DNA of 59,728 nt, filler included, from Globobulimina sp. (lineage: Eukaryota), in the NCBI GenBank assembly GCA_003354225.1. It is 13 parts of 13 records of this genome, joined end to end, with 100 filler letters (N's around TTAATTAATTAA, not from the genome) between each part and the next. Parts side by side here need not be neighbours in the genome. Positions count along the whole stretch, not along the records: positions 23,036 to 27,537 come from PIVH01001182.1; positions 27,638 to 32,138 come from PIVH01001183.1; positions 32,239 to 36,739 come from PIVH01001184.1; 10 more parts are not named here. One strand, given 5' to 3'. Below, in pieces: positions 24,418-36,363 of this stretch. The notes beneath the pieces are model-generated. The model worked only from the letters and a program-made list of their open reading frames with translations, was not told the DNA's origin and searched no databases. How positions within the stretch are numbered: the stretch's first letter is position 1; every line of letters starts with the position of its first letter. The translations under genes were made by a program, and so were the position numbers.

Positions 24418-27400
24418 TCAACTATTTTGTTTATAGAAGGTTTCAAATCTCAAATCACGCAATTTCGGGGTCATATATTTAACCATTTGCTTAATCTCTT
24501 TACTTGTCGCAAATGCTTTATTTGCATCGCTTTCTATAAAAAACCCAGGCAAAATATCCAATATATCCTGCGGGAAAAACCTGCTCATTTGGCCATTCAA
24601 ATACATATAACACCGAATCTCTTTCAACGATTCCACGTGAAAACTAAACGTCATCACTCCGCCTTTACAGTGCGAATTTGCATTTATATTTTGTGCAAGC
24701 AATTTGTCTCTGGTACTCATATGTTGCTGGAACTGCATCATCTCATTCCTCCCCTCATCATAACCAATGCACGGTATCAAACAGGTTGAGCTCGCATTGA
24801 AATACCATAACGAGCTGTGATCCTCTCGCGGAAACGTATTACAATTTGCCGGCGGCTCATAAAAAATACATTTGTCATTCTTCTGTCCGCGGCGATCAAT
24901 CAATGTACAAAACCTTTTTCGTTTCGGATATTCATTCAAATCGTGTCCCGTATACTTTTTATTCAACTTCTCCCGTTTAAATATCATAAACCTCGCATTC
25001 AAATTCACATTCGAACGGATCTTTGTTTGCGTCAATCCAAATTCTACTTTATTTGCTTCAATCACAGACGCAGCATAAACGCAGTTATTGTTGTTTAACT
25101 TTGCTTTAATATCACCCACACAGTCCACAAATGCATATTCGTCTCTCAGTGCTCGCTCCTCTTCGTCCGTCTCGTCATCGTCGTCGTCATCATCGTCATA
25201 TATCCGCATATAATTACTTGTATCCTGGCTTACTTTTGGAAAAGCAATGCAATAATCATACTGAAACGGCAACAAATCCTCGTTCTTGGCCGCAAAGTTA
25301 TGCACAAAGTCCACGGCATGCGTGACATACTCGCACGTTTTGCGCAAACAGTCGTCGATTCTCGTCTGCGAATGCATCATTAATATGGGAGCTATAATGT
25401 GATACCACGACTTTAAGGCCGCTTGCATGTCCCTATAAGCCTGTTGATTGGGCACTAATTTCTTCAGTTTCAATAAGTGTTTGTTTCGCTGCGCCCAAGT
25501 CTCTATGTTCAGCGCCGCCGTTTTAAATCTATCCCTGGCATACATATCCGCCACCAATTGCAAGTAAGGCTGTTTTGTCCGCGCGCTGACGGCCAGCAAC
25601 CTCGTTATTAACCTGTCTTCCTGGAACCCTTTGCGATAAATCGTCGGTGTCTGTCGCTTATGAATATTACAAATATGTTTCACTTCGTTGCAGTCCCGCC
25701 GTATATTAAAATCATTGGCAGTGATTTCGAATATTTCATACTGTAATTCGTGCATAAATGCTTCCGAATCTTCATAGCACCTTTTGATGACATTGAATAC
25801 TGCAATTTGCCATTTCTCCTCATTGACGGGTTGCTTTTTAAAAGGAAAATCTTCGTCCATGTCCAGTAACATACACTCTGTCGGATCCGCTTCCAGCTCT
25901 GCCTCGACATCGTCATCCCCAAAGCCATTGTCCTCGCAGTATAATTTGAATAATCCTTCGCCAGATTCATTGTAATAATCGTCTCTTCTCTCGTGTTGGT
26001 GATAATATTTACCGAGGCCGCGATCAATTTGGTCAATGATGGATAATGTTTTGCTGTCATCAGTGTCGCTGTCACTGCTTTCTTCTTCGTATTTGGTCTC
26101 AATTTGGGTTTTTTGCATTGTATTTTCGATCTCAATCACTTGCTCAACTGTTAAGTCCAACGATTTAGTTTCTGAAACTAAGATTTTGTAACGTCTGTTT
26201 TGCTTCTCTTCCACGTTAATATTTTGCTGTGAGAATTCCGCCACAAATCGATATTTAATTTGCTGGTTTCGAACCGGTATCAAATTTTTAGATTTCCTGT
26301 CTAATCGAGCTGTATTTACAAAATATTTATGCCAATGTTTGTTATAATTATGATCAATATATTCAATTCGAAATGTTGTTGGATTAAATGTGTCAATTAC
26401 AATATCTCTAATGCCGGTAATATAAAAATATCCCGCTTCAAAATGTAAATAAACATGTTCTCCGATTAACTGTTCAAACGAATCTAACGCAGTATGAAGC
26501 TCTTTCATTTTTGGTATCCGCAATTCATACCTCTTCCATTCAAAAAATAACCGCTCAAACACATTGAGTTTTGCATATTTGGTGCCAGTCTTTAATAATG
26601 CTGTCTTATTTTTTATTTGTTGAATATAACTCTCACTTTGCTCATAATTCCCATACAAAAACTGTCGAATATCTGTTAATTGATGATTTATTTCAACTAA
26701 ATGCGCTTCAATGTATTTAAGAATAACAGTTTCGTTGTCCAACACCACCATAGCTTTTTCAATCGGGAATATCTGATCGTAAATCCACACTTCTTTCTCG
26801 TTTTGAAACCTCGAAAACCAGGAAACATCCATTCCATATACAATCTCTGCAGTATTGGAGCTCACCACAATCCCCTTATTCTCCGCAAACTGGTCCGCGA
26901 CCATCACATCTCGCGTGGTGGAGGTGGGCTGACCACAAAATGGATTAAACGATGGCAATTGTAATACAGTGTCATATCCTCGATATAATCTCTCGCGAAT
27001 GGGCACATTTCCATATTTAAAGGCTCTCCGCAACACATTGGCCCAATGATAAAATTGACATCGCCGAGTAACAATTCCAATGCCACCGTCCCAAAATGCT
27101 TTGGAGAACTCCTTCTGCAAATTATCCAAATCAGTAAATAACTTTAACGATAATATCTCCTCGAAACTCAAATGCTGTTTGTTGGAATGTAGCGAAAAAT
27201 ATCTTGACTTGACCTCATATTTGATTTGTTTCAATGTGCCTCCATCAACGGGTTCATACTTATTCTTCAATACTTCCTCTTCCATACAGACAAACTGCGG
27301 CTCATTACCACGCGGCAGCCATTCATCCACAGATACACCAAATTTCAATTTCGAAAACTTGCCGGAATACAGAGCGACGGGGATTTCATGAATAGTGGGA

Positions 27401-27537
27401 GCTATGTTTATGTTCCGCGGCGAGCGTTTGGACGCGCTGCGGGAGCGCATGCGGCCGTATCTGAATCGGAATGTTTTGGCCTTGTTATGAAACAAACTGC
27501 AATGTATTTTGTCAAATTGAGAAATCCATGTTTTTAT
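24418..27537 (-). CDS. Large protein with an R-S-E clade ADP-ribosyltransferase domain plus unnamed domains; 5'-truncated
   Basis: LYRG, PTSTT and SRFQNEKEVW (ExE) motifs with ART spacing. The frame stays open upstream of 27495 to the contig edge. Confidence 0.75.
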   Translation of the reverse strand: MKTWISQFDKIHCSLFHNKAKTFRFRYGRMRSRSASKRSPRNINIAPTIHEIPVALYSGKFSKLKFGVSVDEWLPRGNEPQFVCMEEEVLKNKYEPVDGGTLKQIKYEVKSRYFSLHSNKQHLSFEEILSLKLFTDLDNLQKEFSKAFWDGGIGIVTRRCQFYHWANVLRRAFKYGNVPIRERLYRGYDTVLQLPSFNPFCGQPTSTTRDVMVADQFAENKGIVVSSNTAEIVYGMDVSWFSRFQNEKEVWIYDQIFPIEKAMVVLDNETVILKYIEAHLVEINHQLTDIRQFLYGNYEQSESYIQQIKNKTALLKTGTKYAKLNVFERLFFEWKRYELRIPKMKELHTALDSFEQLIGEHVYLHFEAGYFYITGIRDIVIDTFNPTTFRIEYIDHNYNKHWHKYFVNTARLDRKSKNLIPVRNQQIKYRFVAEFSQQNINVEEKQNRRYKILVSETKSLDLTVEQVIEIENTMQKTQIETKYEEESSDSDTDDSKTLSIIDQIDRGLGKYYHQHERRDDYYNESGEGLFKLYCEDNGFGDDDVEAELEADPTECMLLDMDEDFPFKKQPVNEEKWQIAVFNVIKRCYEDSEAFMHELQYEIFEITANDFNIRRDCNEVKHICNIHKRQTPTIYRKGFQEDRLITRLLAVSARTKQPYLQLVADMYARDRFKTAALNIETWAQRNKHLLKLKKLVPNQQAYRDMQAALKSWYHIIAPILMMHSQTRIDDCLRKTCEYVTHAVDFVHNFAAKNEDLLPFQYDYCIAFPKVSQDTSNYMRIYDDDDDDDDETDEEERALRDEYAFVDCVGDIKAKLNNNNCVYAASVIEANKVEFGLTQTKIRSNVNLNARFMIFKREKLNKKYTGHDLNEYPKRKRFCTLIDRRGQKNDKCIFYEPPANCNTFPREDHSSLWYFNASSTCLIPCIGYDEGRNEMMQFQQHMSTRDKLLAQNINANSHCKGGVMTFSFHVESLKEIRCYMYLNGQMSRFFPQDILDILPGFFIESDANKAFATSKEIKQMVKYMTPKLRDLRFETFYKQNS

Positions 27538-28209
27538 NNNNNNNNNNNNNNNNNNNNNNNNNNNNNNNNNNNNNNNNNNNNTTAATTAATTAANNNNNNN
27601 NNNNNNNNNNNNNNNNNNNNNNNNNNNNNNNNNNNNNCTGCTCCTGATAACTATATTGAAAAGAATAATAATTTGAATTCAAATGTTGAATGACGCAAAA
27701 ATATAAATGATTTTCAGACTGCTTTAGTTTTATATATATAGACATTGTATATTGTTCAATGTCCTGTTTGTTATATCATAACATATAATATCTAAACCTG
27801 ATTTGCAATTTTGCATTTTTGATTGTGTGATTGGTCAATCCGTTTGTAATTTTTGCAACTCTTGCATGTAGGACAAGATGTACTGCAGGTCGATGTTAAT
27901 TCATATTGCAACTTAACAATTCAACTTCTGAACCTCTCAAACCTCTGACTTTAATGCATTTCTTTCATTAATTTCAGTTTTATTATCCTTGCACAATAGT
28001 TTTTTACATACAATATTACAACTATGTCACTTTAAAACTTCTAAGTTGTACAGGTTTGCTATAGCTTTGTGTTGGGTTTGCAAATCCAGAACAAAGTCAG
28101 AACAAATTTATAATTGAATGGAATGTATACAAAGGGGTGGTTATCCAATGGAATATGTCGTTGGAAGATTACACATGCCCAATAATGGATCATCATTACA
28201 ATTTACAGG

Positions 28210-29455
28210 TTACTTTATGATGGGTTCATTATAAGCATTTATAACAGGATTTGTCAAAGGATACATTTTGTCATATACATCAAGAAAACATCGACATGAA
28301 GCAATTTTCAATTGCGTTTGATTCAATTTCAAATGTTCCTCATTTGGCACAATCATAGAAATATCCAATTCAGGACATTCAACTGCTTTTAATATTTTAT
28401 CCACAGACACTGCATTTGTAACCACCGCCAATGCAATAATCGGAGAATAACAATATTGTATTAATTCGTCGATCATCCACAACCGAGTATCATCCAAATT
28501 ATTCAAAAACTTCCTCAAGGACCCCAAATTTGGCCCTTTTATATTTTTCTCACGATTCGCTTTTATATTATCTTGTAAACTTTCAATGGTTTTTGCAATT
28601 TCAGTGGTTTGGTATTTATCCATAACATCATCCGGATCCATATCAAACATATTTTGTACATCCAATGCCGTCTCAAACTCATCAATTTTATCCTTTTCTC
28701 CCTTCATTAATACATATTGCAATTTTAATTCCGTTGCAAAAGTCTGATTAAACCAATCAATAATTGGTATCCAATGGTTATCATAAAACTTCATATCATA
28801 AAATCTCTGATTCTCTGCAATCCTAAGTACAAAATATAGCATTCATACAATGGATAATTTATAGAAATTTCTAAGTAACATACAGTAAAAGGTCATGCTC
28901 AAAATGGGATAGCACAGATTGTGTATATCCTCGCCGTCTGATATCCATTGGGATAGCATTGCTTCGCGCATCCCTTTCAATCAAATTTATAGCAATTTCA
29001 GAGATTGGCATTGATTCCAATCGAATATATTCCGCTTGGGACTCTAATTCTGATGCAATCATTATTGCCAAATCAAAATGGTCGATTAATATTGGTAACC
29101 CTTGTAAAATTATGGCGCGATCATCTAATTTTATTAAATATGAATGTTTAGAGAATTGAGATGATTCTGGTTCTGAGGGTGATCGTGGTTGATAATCTAA
29201 TTCGTTTTCGTAATTTAAATCATCTGTTCCTGTGATTGCTTTATGTAAAGTTGGTTTATGCGGAACTTTAATGGGTTCAATAAAAACTTGACGATAGAAT
29301 CTTTTGGTGCTTCCTTCTTTGTCAATGAATCGAAACGATACTGTGTTTGGAATTTGATTAATTTGTTGTTCCGCTGTCAATGCGGCTATACGCACATTCC
29401 GTTGTTGTAAATTCCATACGTTTTTGTTTGTTTGTAATATAGCTCGTTTCAACAT
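28210..29455 (-). CDS. ATP12: Mitochondrial F1-ATPase assembly chaperone ATP12 (ATPAF2); 2 exons
   Basis: Basic targeting peptide; KRFYRQV, IKLDDR, LA..IA.E..Q...I....MP, W.PII.WF and S.IIALA. A 61-nt in-frame intron at 28883-28823 joins the two ORFs. Confidence 0.85.
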
Positions 29456-29515
29456 TATCCAATAATTACAAAAAAAATAAATTCAAAATAAAAAAAAAGA
29501 GTTTAGTTTATAAGG

Positions 29516-31591
29516 ATGACTTGTGATTGCAAAACGGTTCGCAAAGTATTTCGTTTATGGAAGAGTTTATTCAGACAAGCATGGCCTATTCTGGTCATCT
29601 CATGCATCGTTGGCTCTGCTTATACTGTTTTTGAACGAGGTGGTCACAGATCAGATGGTACTTTATCTATTTGGTGGTGGTTTACCGCAGAAATGAATTC
29701 GTGGATTGGATTTGGTGTTGTTGTAATATGTCCGTATTTTATATGTGGATGGATTTCATTGCCATGGGGGTTCGTATTGCTTTTTCTCTGCCACATTACA
29801 GATTTGACATTCCGAATACCATACTGGAGAATGGAACATTTACATTATTATTCTACAGATATCATTTCTGATAACACCTACCATTTATATCTAGGGGTTT
29901 GGGCATTTTTTAATGATTTGAATTCATGGATTTGTGTTCCTTTGTTAGTTTATCTATTACAGCATACAAACACCAACAAACACAAAAACAAGACTGGTGC
30001 CAACAAGATTGAATTAGCGGAGCATTTACTAACTCCATCATCATCAATATTCGATGAGCAACAAACTGCAGCAAAATCAAATAAATTGCAAGAGATGAAA
30101 GCGAAGCTAAATATTAATTTTACCAAAGATTTGGATGAAATGATGTGGACTGAAATCAATGGTGATACTCATACCCACAGTCACGCAGATTCTGTCACAG
30201 ATTATCATAAACAATCAGCATTATCGAGTGTAATGTCCACCAATTTGAACGCAGACTCATCATTTTCAAAACATCGCAAAGTAAGTAAAATATTGAAATA
30301 TTCAATTCTTTTTTGTATTGCTTGGTTTTTATGCCAAGATGTTTATGAATATTACTCTCGAGATAGGAATATTTATCCCAGATTTCTACCGTTAATATTT
30401 GTACTGATTGGTTTGATATGGGACTTACAACGGAGCTTTCAGCAAAAACAAATATTTTTCCATTCATTTTGGTACATGTTTGGCTATATCTTGACACAGA
30501 ATTTATTTTCAACCTGGGCTACATTGACTATTTCGTTGGTGGTGTCCGCGTCGAACTTATTTGATGCGGACAATTGGATTGAAAATGCAATTGCGAGAAT
30601 GGTAGTTTTTTCCGCATATTCGTTATCGTTTCAGTTAATTATGTATATTGGCAGAAAGTTTGCGATTCACTCAAAACAACCAAATAATCACAAAAATAAG
30701 GTGCAATGGGATAACTTTAATTCGTTTGATTTACAATTTATATTTATGATATACAGCGATTACTTCTTATTCCAATTTATAACTTTGACAAGTTTTAATC
30801 CGACGTTTTTTGCGACTTTAATTGCGAAGGAAGTATGGACTCTGATTAAATTACACCCGACTTTGAGAAGAAAAAGCAAAATATTTTCAAATAATCCGTT
30901 GCAAGTTTGGTTTGCTTATGTTTATGGAATATTGATCAGTTGGATCGTGTTAATGTGTCAGTTATGTGTAATGTATGCGGATTATTTCCAACCATTTGAT
31001 GGAAAATGGTTGTTTGGGAATAATGACAAAAGGAAAACTAAAACAAATTTATTATTGGCTACATTTATGATTGTTGTGACATTGTTTTGTGATATGATGG
31101 TTTATTTGTTTATATATAAAGTACAAAGAACAAATTTGAAGAAATTTACACAAAAAATAAAAGAAACTAAACAAAGATATAATGCAGGCGCAGATAATGA
31201 GTATTTTGAGCATGGATTTGATATTCGTGACATACGGATAAAGACAATTTGTATCGATGAAATGGGAAATAATGATGATCGCAAAAATAGTTTGCAACAA
31301 AAAAGGACATTTACGGTAATTGACAATTTGAATAACAGATCAAGAGCATGCAGTATGTTGATTACTTTTGATGATGAGGAGGATGAAGCGGAGGATGCGT
31401 TTTATGACAATAATCAAAATACCATCCATATTGAACGTGGAGCTACAATCCGTAAAAATACACACAGAATGGCCACCGGATTGGGTTTGTATATACCATT
31501 TCATTTATGGTATTACACATTTGTGAGTTGCTTGGTTGCAATGAGATGTACAGAAATTATATTCACCAACCTTTATGACTATTTTATTTGA
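29516..31591 (+). CDS. Uncharacterised multi-pass membrane protein (691 aa)
   Basis: Intact ATG-to-stop ORF with many hydrophobic segments and two polar loops; no family recognised. Confidence 0.75.
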   Translation: MTCDCKTVRKVFRLWKSLFRQAWPILVISCIVGSAYTVFERGGHRSDGTLSIWWWFTAEMNSWIGFGVVVICPYFICGWISLPWGFVLLFLCHITDLTFRIPYWRMEHLHYYSTDIISDNTYHLYLGVWAFFNDLNSWICVPLLVYLLQHTNTNKHKNKTGANKIELAEHLLTPSSSIFDEQQTAAKSNKLQEMKAKLNINFTKDLDEMMWTEINGDTHTHSHADSVTDYHKQSALSSVMSTNLNADSSFSKHRKVSKILKYSILFCIAWFLCQDVYEYYSRDRNIYPRFLPLIFVLIGLIWDLQRSFQQKQIFFHSFWYMFGYILTQNLFSTWATLTISLVVSASNLFDADNWIENAIARMVVFSAYSLSFQLIMYIGRKFAIHSKQPNNHKNKVQWDNFNSFDLQFIFMIYSDYFLFQFITLTSFNPTFFATLIAKEVWTLIKLHPTLRRKSKIFSNNPLQVWFAYVYGILISWIVLMCQLCVMYADYFQPFDGKWLFGNNDKRKTKTNLLLATFMIVVTLFCDMMVYLFIYKVQRTNLKKFTQKIKETKQRYNAGADNEYFEHGFDIRDIRIKTICIDEMGNNDDRKNSLQQKRTFTVIDNLNNRSRACSMLITFDDEEDEAEDAFYDNNQNTIHIERGATIRKNTHRMATGLGLYIPFHLWYYTFVSCLVAMRCTEIIFTNLYDYFI

Positions 31592-31639
31592 TTTTCAAAG
31601 AGAGAAAAACTACTTTTAACATCTTTTTTATAAAACATC

Positions 31640-32138
31640 ATGTCAGCAATTGATTTTAAGAAACTAATGGCAAAAGAACTTGCAAAAGCTAAAGCAAAGG
31701 CATTTGGTAAAACAAGGACTGATGATAATAATAATAAAGAAGAAGATGAAAAGAATGATGATGGCGATAATTGTTTGGAAGAGTTTATGAATAAACATTT
31801 AGATTTTGGTATGGTTTTAATTTTATAAACATGCACTAAATAATAATAATATCTTTAACAGATGAATTATTTACGAAATTAGATCCATCAATTCACAAAT
31901 TGGCAGACACCTCGACCGCATATTATATACCAAATTTTCTATCTTTTTCATTTGATAAACATTTGTTATCATTAATTTATTCGGCACCGAAAGCAAGCTG
32001 GATTTTATTGAAACGGCGAAGGTTGCAATGTTGGGGCGGCAAAGCAGACAGAAACAATTTAAATAAATTTAACATTGAAAGAGTGCCAATTTGGTGTTTA
32101 GACATCTTCAAAAAATTAGTGTTTGATTCGAATATCGA
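31640..32138 (+). CDS. ALKBH6: AlkB homolog 6-like dioxygenase, 5' part
   Basis: YYIPNFLS....LL..IYSAP...W..L..RRLQCWGG matches the ALKBH6 N-terminal signature. A 53-nt in-frame intron lies at 31809-31861. Confidence 0.8.
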
Positions 32139-32238
32139 NNNNNNNNNNNNNNNNNNNNNNNNNNNNNNNNNNNNNNNNNNNNTTAATTAATTAANNNNNN
32201 NNNNNNNNNNNNNNNNNNNNNNNNNNNNNNNNNNNNNN

Positions 32239-32551
32239 CAAAATGAATTAGCCATGCTCTCAAAAGAACTAATCCTAAAAATGTGATGAGAAATACATTA
32301 TTCAGCAACCATTGAACTGGCACTGACAATTCCAATATGTTTAATATACCACAGAGTTGAATATTACGTTCTATTAATACAAATAAAGCACTCCAAAGCA
32401 ATACATAGTAGAGCTGAGCAAAATGTCGAGCAGACCACTGAATAATTGCTCGTTTAGGATACACAGTATATAAGCTATGTGTGATTAGACTTGCTGCAAT
32501 CACATTTAGTACAATTCCTATCCATCCAAGCACAATTTCTGCAGCAATCAT
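32239..32551 (-). CDS. Membrane protein N-terminus (three TM helices, receptor-like), partial
   Basis: Three hydrophobic helices ending LLRAWLIHF; truncated by the contig end. Confidence 0.5.
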
Positions 32552-33364
32552 TGCGCATGCAGTGAAGTAAAATTTTCGTCTAGTTTTGTTTTTCTTTATC
32601 TTCCACCATGGCTGTCAGTGCTAATGGATACATTTCAAGGCTAATGAATTAATATTTCTATATTTTTGAAGGGGGAAAGTGTATCCTGAATGGAAGACAC
32701 CTGCTTAAAAAGCCTAAGAAAAGAAGTTAAAGGAATTGGTAACTTTTTCCACAAGTCTTACGAAAAGGAGATGTTTGTTGCGACTTTGCGTGGTAAAAAT
32801 TGTGCGACGTTTGTATTCGTAAGACTTTTGGAATAAGTTACCAATTCCTTGTGTATTGATTGAAAAACGAGTGTTTTTTGTGTGTTTTATGTTTGTGTTT
32901 TTGTGTGTCAAACTAGTATATTACCATAATTCAGTAAAACGAGCGTCTGTAAACATGTTTCCAGAAAACGTTTTCAATCGAGTGCAAGCGGAACTGCCCG
33001 AAGGGCAGTGTAGCGCAGTCACGAGATTGAAATACGTTTTATGGAAACTTGTTTACGATGCGAGTGCATACTGAATTATGGGACTATATTTTACCGACAA
33101 AAACGACCAGACTTACATTTTTCAGAAATTACAGTTTTTTTAAGCGATTTTTACTCTTACAATGCCTGCAATCAATCGACTACACTGGATCAAATCACAA
33201 GTCACAATTGATTCAAATCCCATTCAATCAAATCATTCCAAATCAATGTAGCCATGACAACACTGGCTAATTCAGCATTTTAAAGACGAATAATTACATC
33301 CAATCTACATAAAAAATGGCAAAAAAAAGGACAAAAATATGAAGAATTATTACGAGGGAAGCGA

Positions 33365-33575
33365 GTGGGTTTTGGCGGGTTTTGCGGCGGTGGTTTTCTT
33401 TGGCTTTGCGGCGGTTTTGTGGGGTTTGTCGTGGAGGTTTTGTGGGGCTTTGCCGTGGTGGTTTTATGTGCCTTTGCGGTGGTGGTTTCGTGGGACTTTG
33501 CGGTGGGGTTTTGTGGGGCTTTGCCGTGGTGGTTTTGTGTGCCTTTGCTGTGGTTTTGTGGGGCTTTTGCGGCGC
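33365..33575. repeat. G/T-rich minisatellite (~22-23-bp unit, GCGGTGGTGGTTTTGTGGGGCTTT-like)
   Basis: About 8-9 degenerate tandem copies inside the inverted-repeat element. Confidence 0.85.
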
Positions 33576-33893
33576 CGATTTTTATTGATTTGATTTTGAT
33601 TGATTTGTGTGTTTTCTTTTGTTATTTGATATGTAAAGGTGTGGTAAAATGGAAACGTTTGCACTTTACCAAACCCTCGTTTCTATTTTACCGAAGGGTC
33701 GTTTCTATTTTACGAGCTATTGAGGGTGTAAAATGCAATATTTTGGTTCGGAAAAGCTTACTTTACGGCGTTTTTGGTAGGTAAACTTCAATTAAATACT
33801 AAGGAATTGGTAACTTATTCCAAAAGTCTTACAAATAGAAACGTCGCACAATTTTCGCCACGAAAACTCGCAACAAACTCTTCCTTTTCGTAA

Positions 33894-34023
33894 GACTCAT
33901 CCTGGCTTAAATAAGATATTTGAAATTATATTTTCTGGAAACGTTACACGATTGGATGGCCAAACTGGTTCAATGTTTCCAGAAAATATAATTTCAAATA
34001 TGTTATTTAAGCCAGGTTGAGTC
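33894..34023. mobile_element. 130-bp PIF/Harbinger (Tourist-like) MITE nested in the right inverted repeat
   Basis: ~49-bp TIRs (GACTCATCCTGGCTTAAATAAG... / ...TTATTTAAGCCAGGTTGAGTC). TAA is duplicated on both sides (33891-33893, 34024-34026). The left copy shows the empty site. Confidence 0.8.
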
Positions 34024-34254
34024 TAAGACTGACTTGTGGGAAAAGTTACCATTTCCTTTCTTTGATGTATATTGACAAATTAATTGCGATTTGTGATGTT
34101 CATTCTTAAGATCCGAAGACGGAAGTACTCTTCACCAAAACAATATTTAAAATTTTAATTTTATACAGTATCATGGCAATGTCAGCTGAATTAGAAGTTC
34201 TCCAAAATAAACTACAACCACAAGAGCAGCAGCAGCAGCGAAGATAACCCATCG

Positions 34255-35100
34255 ATGATAAACAACATAACGAGTAACAAATTAAACGAAATCACACTAG
34301 CACCGGACATACAAAAAGAAAGATACAAACGATTGGTGTTTTCAATCATCTTTTTTATCGCAGCTGTGTTGATAATATTTTTAAAATTGGACAGCAGTCT
34401 GTACCATGACATTGCTTACACTCTGTGTCTCGTTCAAGGATTATGGATTTTTCAATTCTGTCTCATTTTATTTTCAATACAACATTTGCATATGATTCAT
34501 GTCTCGCGGCGAATATTAGCAAATACAAAATTCTTGGTTGTACCTCACCACATCTATCAATACGAAAATGTGATAATTTCTTCAATTTCTGCGTTATCAG
34601 CGTTGCGAGGGTCAAACACGTTTGCAATTTTAGGCAAAGCAATGAATATTTCTTTTGGAATGACGTTTGCTGTGGTTTCATTAAAAATTGAGCAGTTATA
34701 CAACAATGGAGACAGAGTAGACACTGAACCACAGAAATTTATGGCAAGTTTTGGTGGCTCGTTATTAGCGCATTGGGAATTAGACACGCATTTATTATCG
34801 ACTGTGTTGCATTATTTGGGAGCGTTCATCGCATTTTTTGGTACGCCAATCGCATTTGGATTGCAGCAAAATTGGAATATTTTGTCTGTGGTTTTGATGA
34901 TTGGCACGTATTTATTTGTTTCTGTATTTTCGGTGATGGGTGCAATAGTGTCTCGTCAAACATTTGATGAAAATAGTAAATGGAAAGTGCATATATTTAG
35001 TTTAATCTCTATTTTATTGGAATTAATTGGTGTGAGTGGTGCCTTAACGTGTGGGATTTTGTTTATTTATTGCATGGAAGGGGATTATATCTTTGAGTAG
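34255..35100 (+). CDS. Multi-pass membrane protein, possibly Frag1/DRAM/Sfk1-like
   Basis: About 7 hydrophobic segments and VLHYLGAFIAF (H..GA motif). The start codon is uncertain. Confidence 0.6.
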   Translation: MINNITSNKLNEITLAPDIQKERYKRLVFSIIFFIAAVLIIFLKLDSSLYHDIAYTLCLVQGLWIFQFCLILFSIQHLHMIHVSRRILANTKFLVVPHHIYQYENVIISSISALSALRGSNTFAILGKAMNISFGMTFAVVSLKIEQLYNNGDRVDTEPQKFMASFGGSLLAHWELDTHLLSTVLHYLGAFIAFFGTPIAFGLQQNWNILSVVLMIGTYLFVSVFSVMGAIVSRQTFDENSKWKVHIFSLISILLELIGVSGALTCGILFIYCMEGDYIFE

Positions 35101-35456
35101 TTTTATATTTTTATACACTTTATTTCATGTTCAACCTCATTCTCGGTTATTTTTTTGTGTTGTGAGTACTTAATTTTAAATTGCCGATTTGATTTGTAAC
35201 CAACATGATGCGAATCTTCTTAACCACACGTTATAAATTTTAAATTTAGATTTACAAATCTATTTTCTCTCGCTTTCCAAAGACACAGTGCAAGGATATC
35301 GTTTTTATATTTGGCCCAAGTTAGGCCGACAAAAGAACGTTTTCAGAGCATGTCGTCATCGACAAAAATGATGGAATCAAATGCAGAAAGCGAGGTAAGA
35401 AATGCATGTTAGTTGTAAGTCCTTCTCGCACAAGGGAATCAACTCGTTCTTTTCAG

Positions 35457-35606
35457 CATACGATGTAAAACATTGACATATCCAAGGATCTGCTGACCAT
35501 GTAAAGCATTGACAAAAATATTCTATTAAAGCTACTATAGGAATTGTGCGGATGTATCGATATGTAAAACATTGACACCAGATGTGTCAATGTTTTACAT
35601 CGTATG
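35457..35606. mobile_element. 150-bp hAT-type MITE
   Basis: 26-bp TIR CATACGATGTAAAACATTGACA(T/C)ATC with one mismatch, a perfect 8-bp target-site duplication CTTTTCAG (35449-35456, 35607-35614) and internal copies of the TIR core. Confidence 0.85.
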
Positions 35607-36363
35607 CTTTTCAGCTTTTGGAATTTGGAATGTCGTACAAACATTCAAAAAGTTTGTACTACTTAGAAACAGTTTTTGTACGCAACATGCTCTCGTGTTT
35701 CGCACCAAACAAAAATGAATAGCAAGTCAGATATCATTTCTGATTTGAGATCAGAAAACATTGCGCATCCACAAGACGTATATTACAACACTAAAATAGA
35801 CATGGACACCAATGCCAAATATACAGAAAGCAAATCATATTATTATGTTTTTGATGAGTCTTGAGTGTGACTGATTGCCATGTTCCGAGACAGCTAAAAG
35901 AGGTACGTTTCTTGTCCCAGTATACAATTTGCGTATGCATTTTATCCATTACGCGGTGGTGCAATGTGCGAATATGCGGGCCCATTTTAACTGTCTCGGA
36001 ACATGTGTTGTTGTTCGAACATTGTCATATCGTTATTATTGAGTACATATGTATGGCCATTATTCTGTCGATTTATAAATGAATTCTGCATTGAAAACAT
36101 TATTAAAATTCCTCTGCTTTTGCTCGATTTATAGGTTTTGCGCATTGGTGAACTGAGTGTTGTTGCTGTGTCGACGACGATATTGTTCTCCAATTCCGAA
36201 ATTAGTTTCGAAGTGTTGTCAATTGGCTTTGCTGTTGGAATGTTTACGTGTTTACACAACAACCAAAAGAATGAGTTGATTCCATTGTGCGCTGAGCACA
36301 GCAGTTTACTGTTGAATTTGGTGAGATTGATTTGTAAATATTGATATATATAATTTATAGTAT

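Larger units (their letters stand above)
32730..34058. mobile_element. Non-autonomous DNA transposon bounded by ~120-bp self-palindromic inverted repeats (or two inverted MITE copies)
   Basis: 32730-32850 (AAGGAATTGGTAACTT...AAGTTACCAATTCCTT) recurs in inverted orientation at 33801-34058, where a nested insertion interrupts it. Confidence 0.75.

Noticed and set aside
33339-33784. Overlapping G/F/V/C-rich ORFs and a possible CRISPR-like array
   Set aside because: These are translations of a degenerate minisatellite, with no unique spacers and no cas genes.
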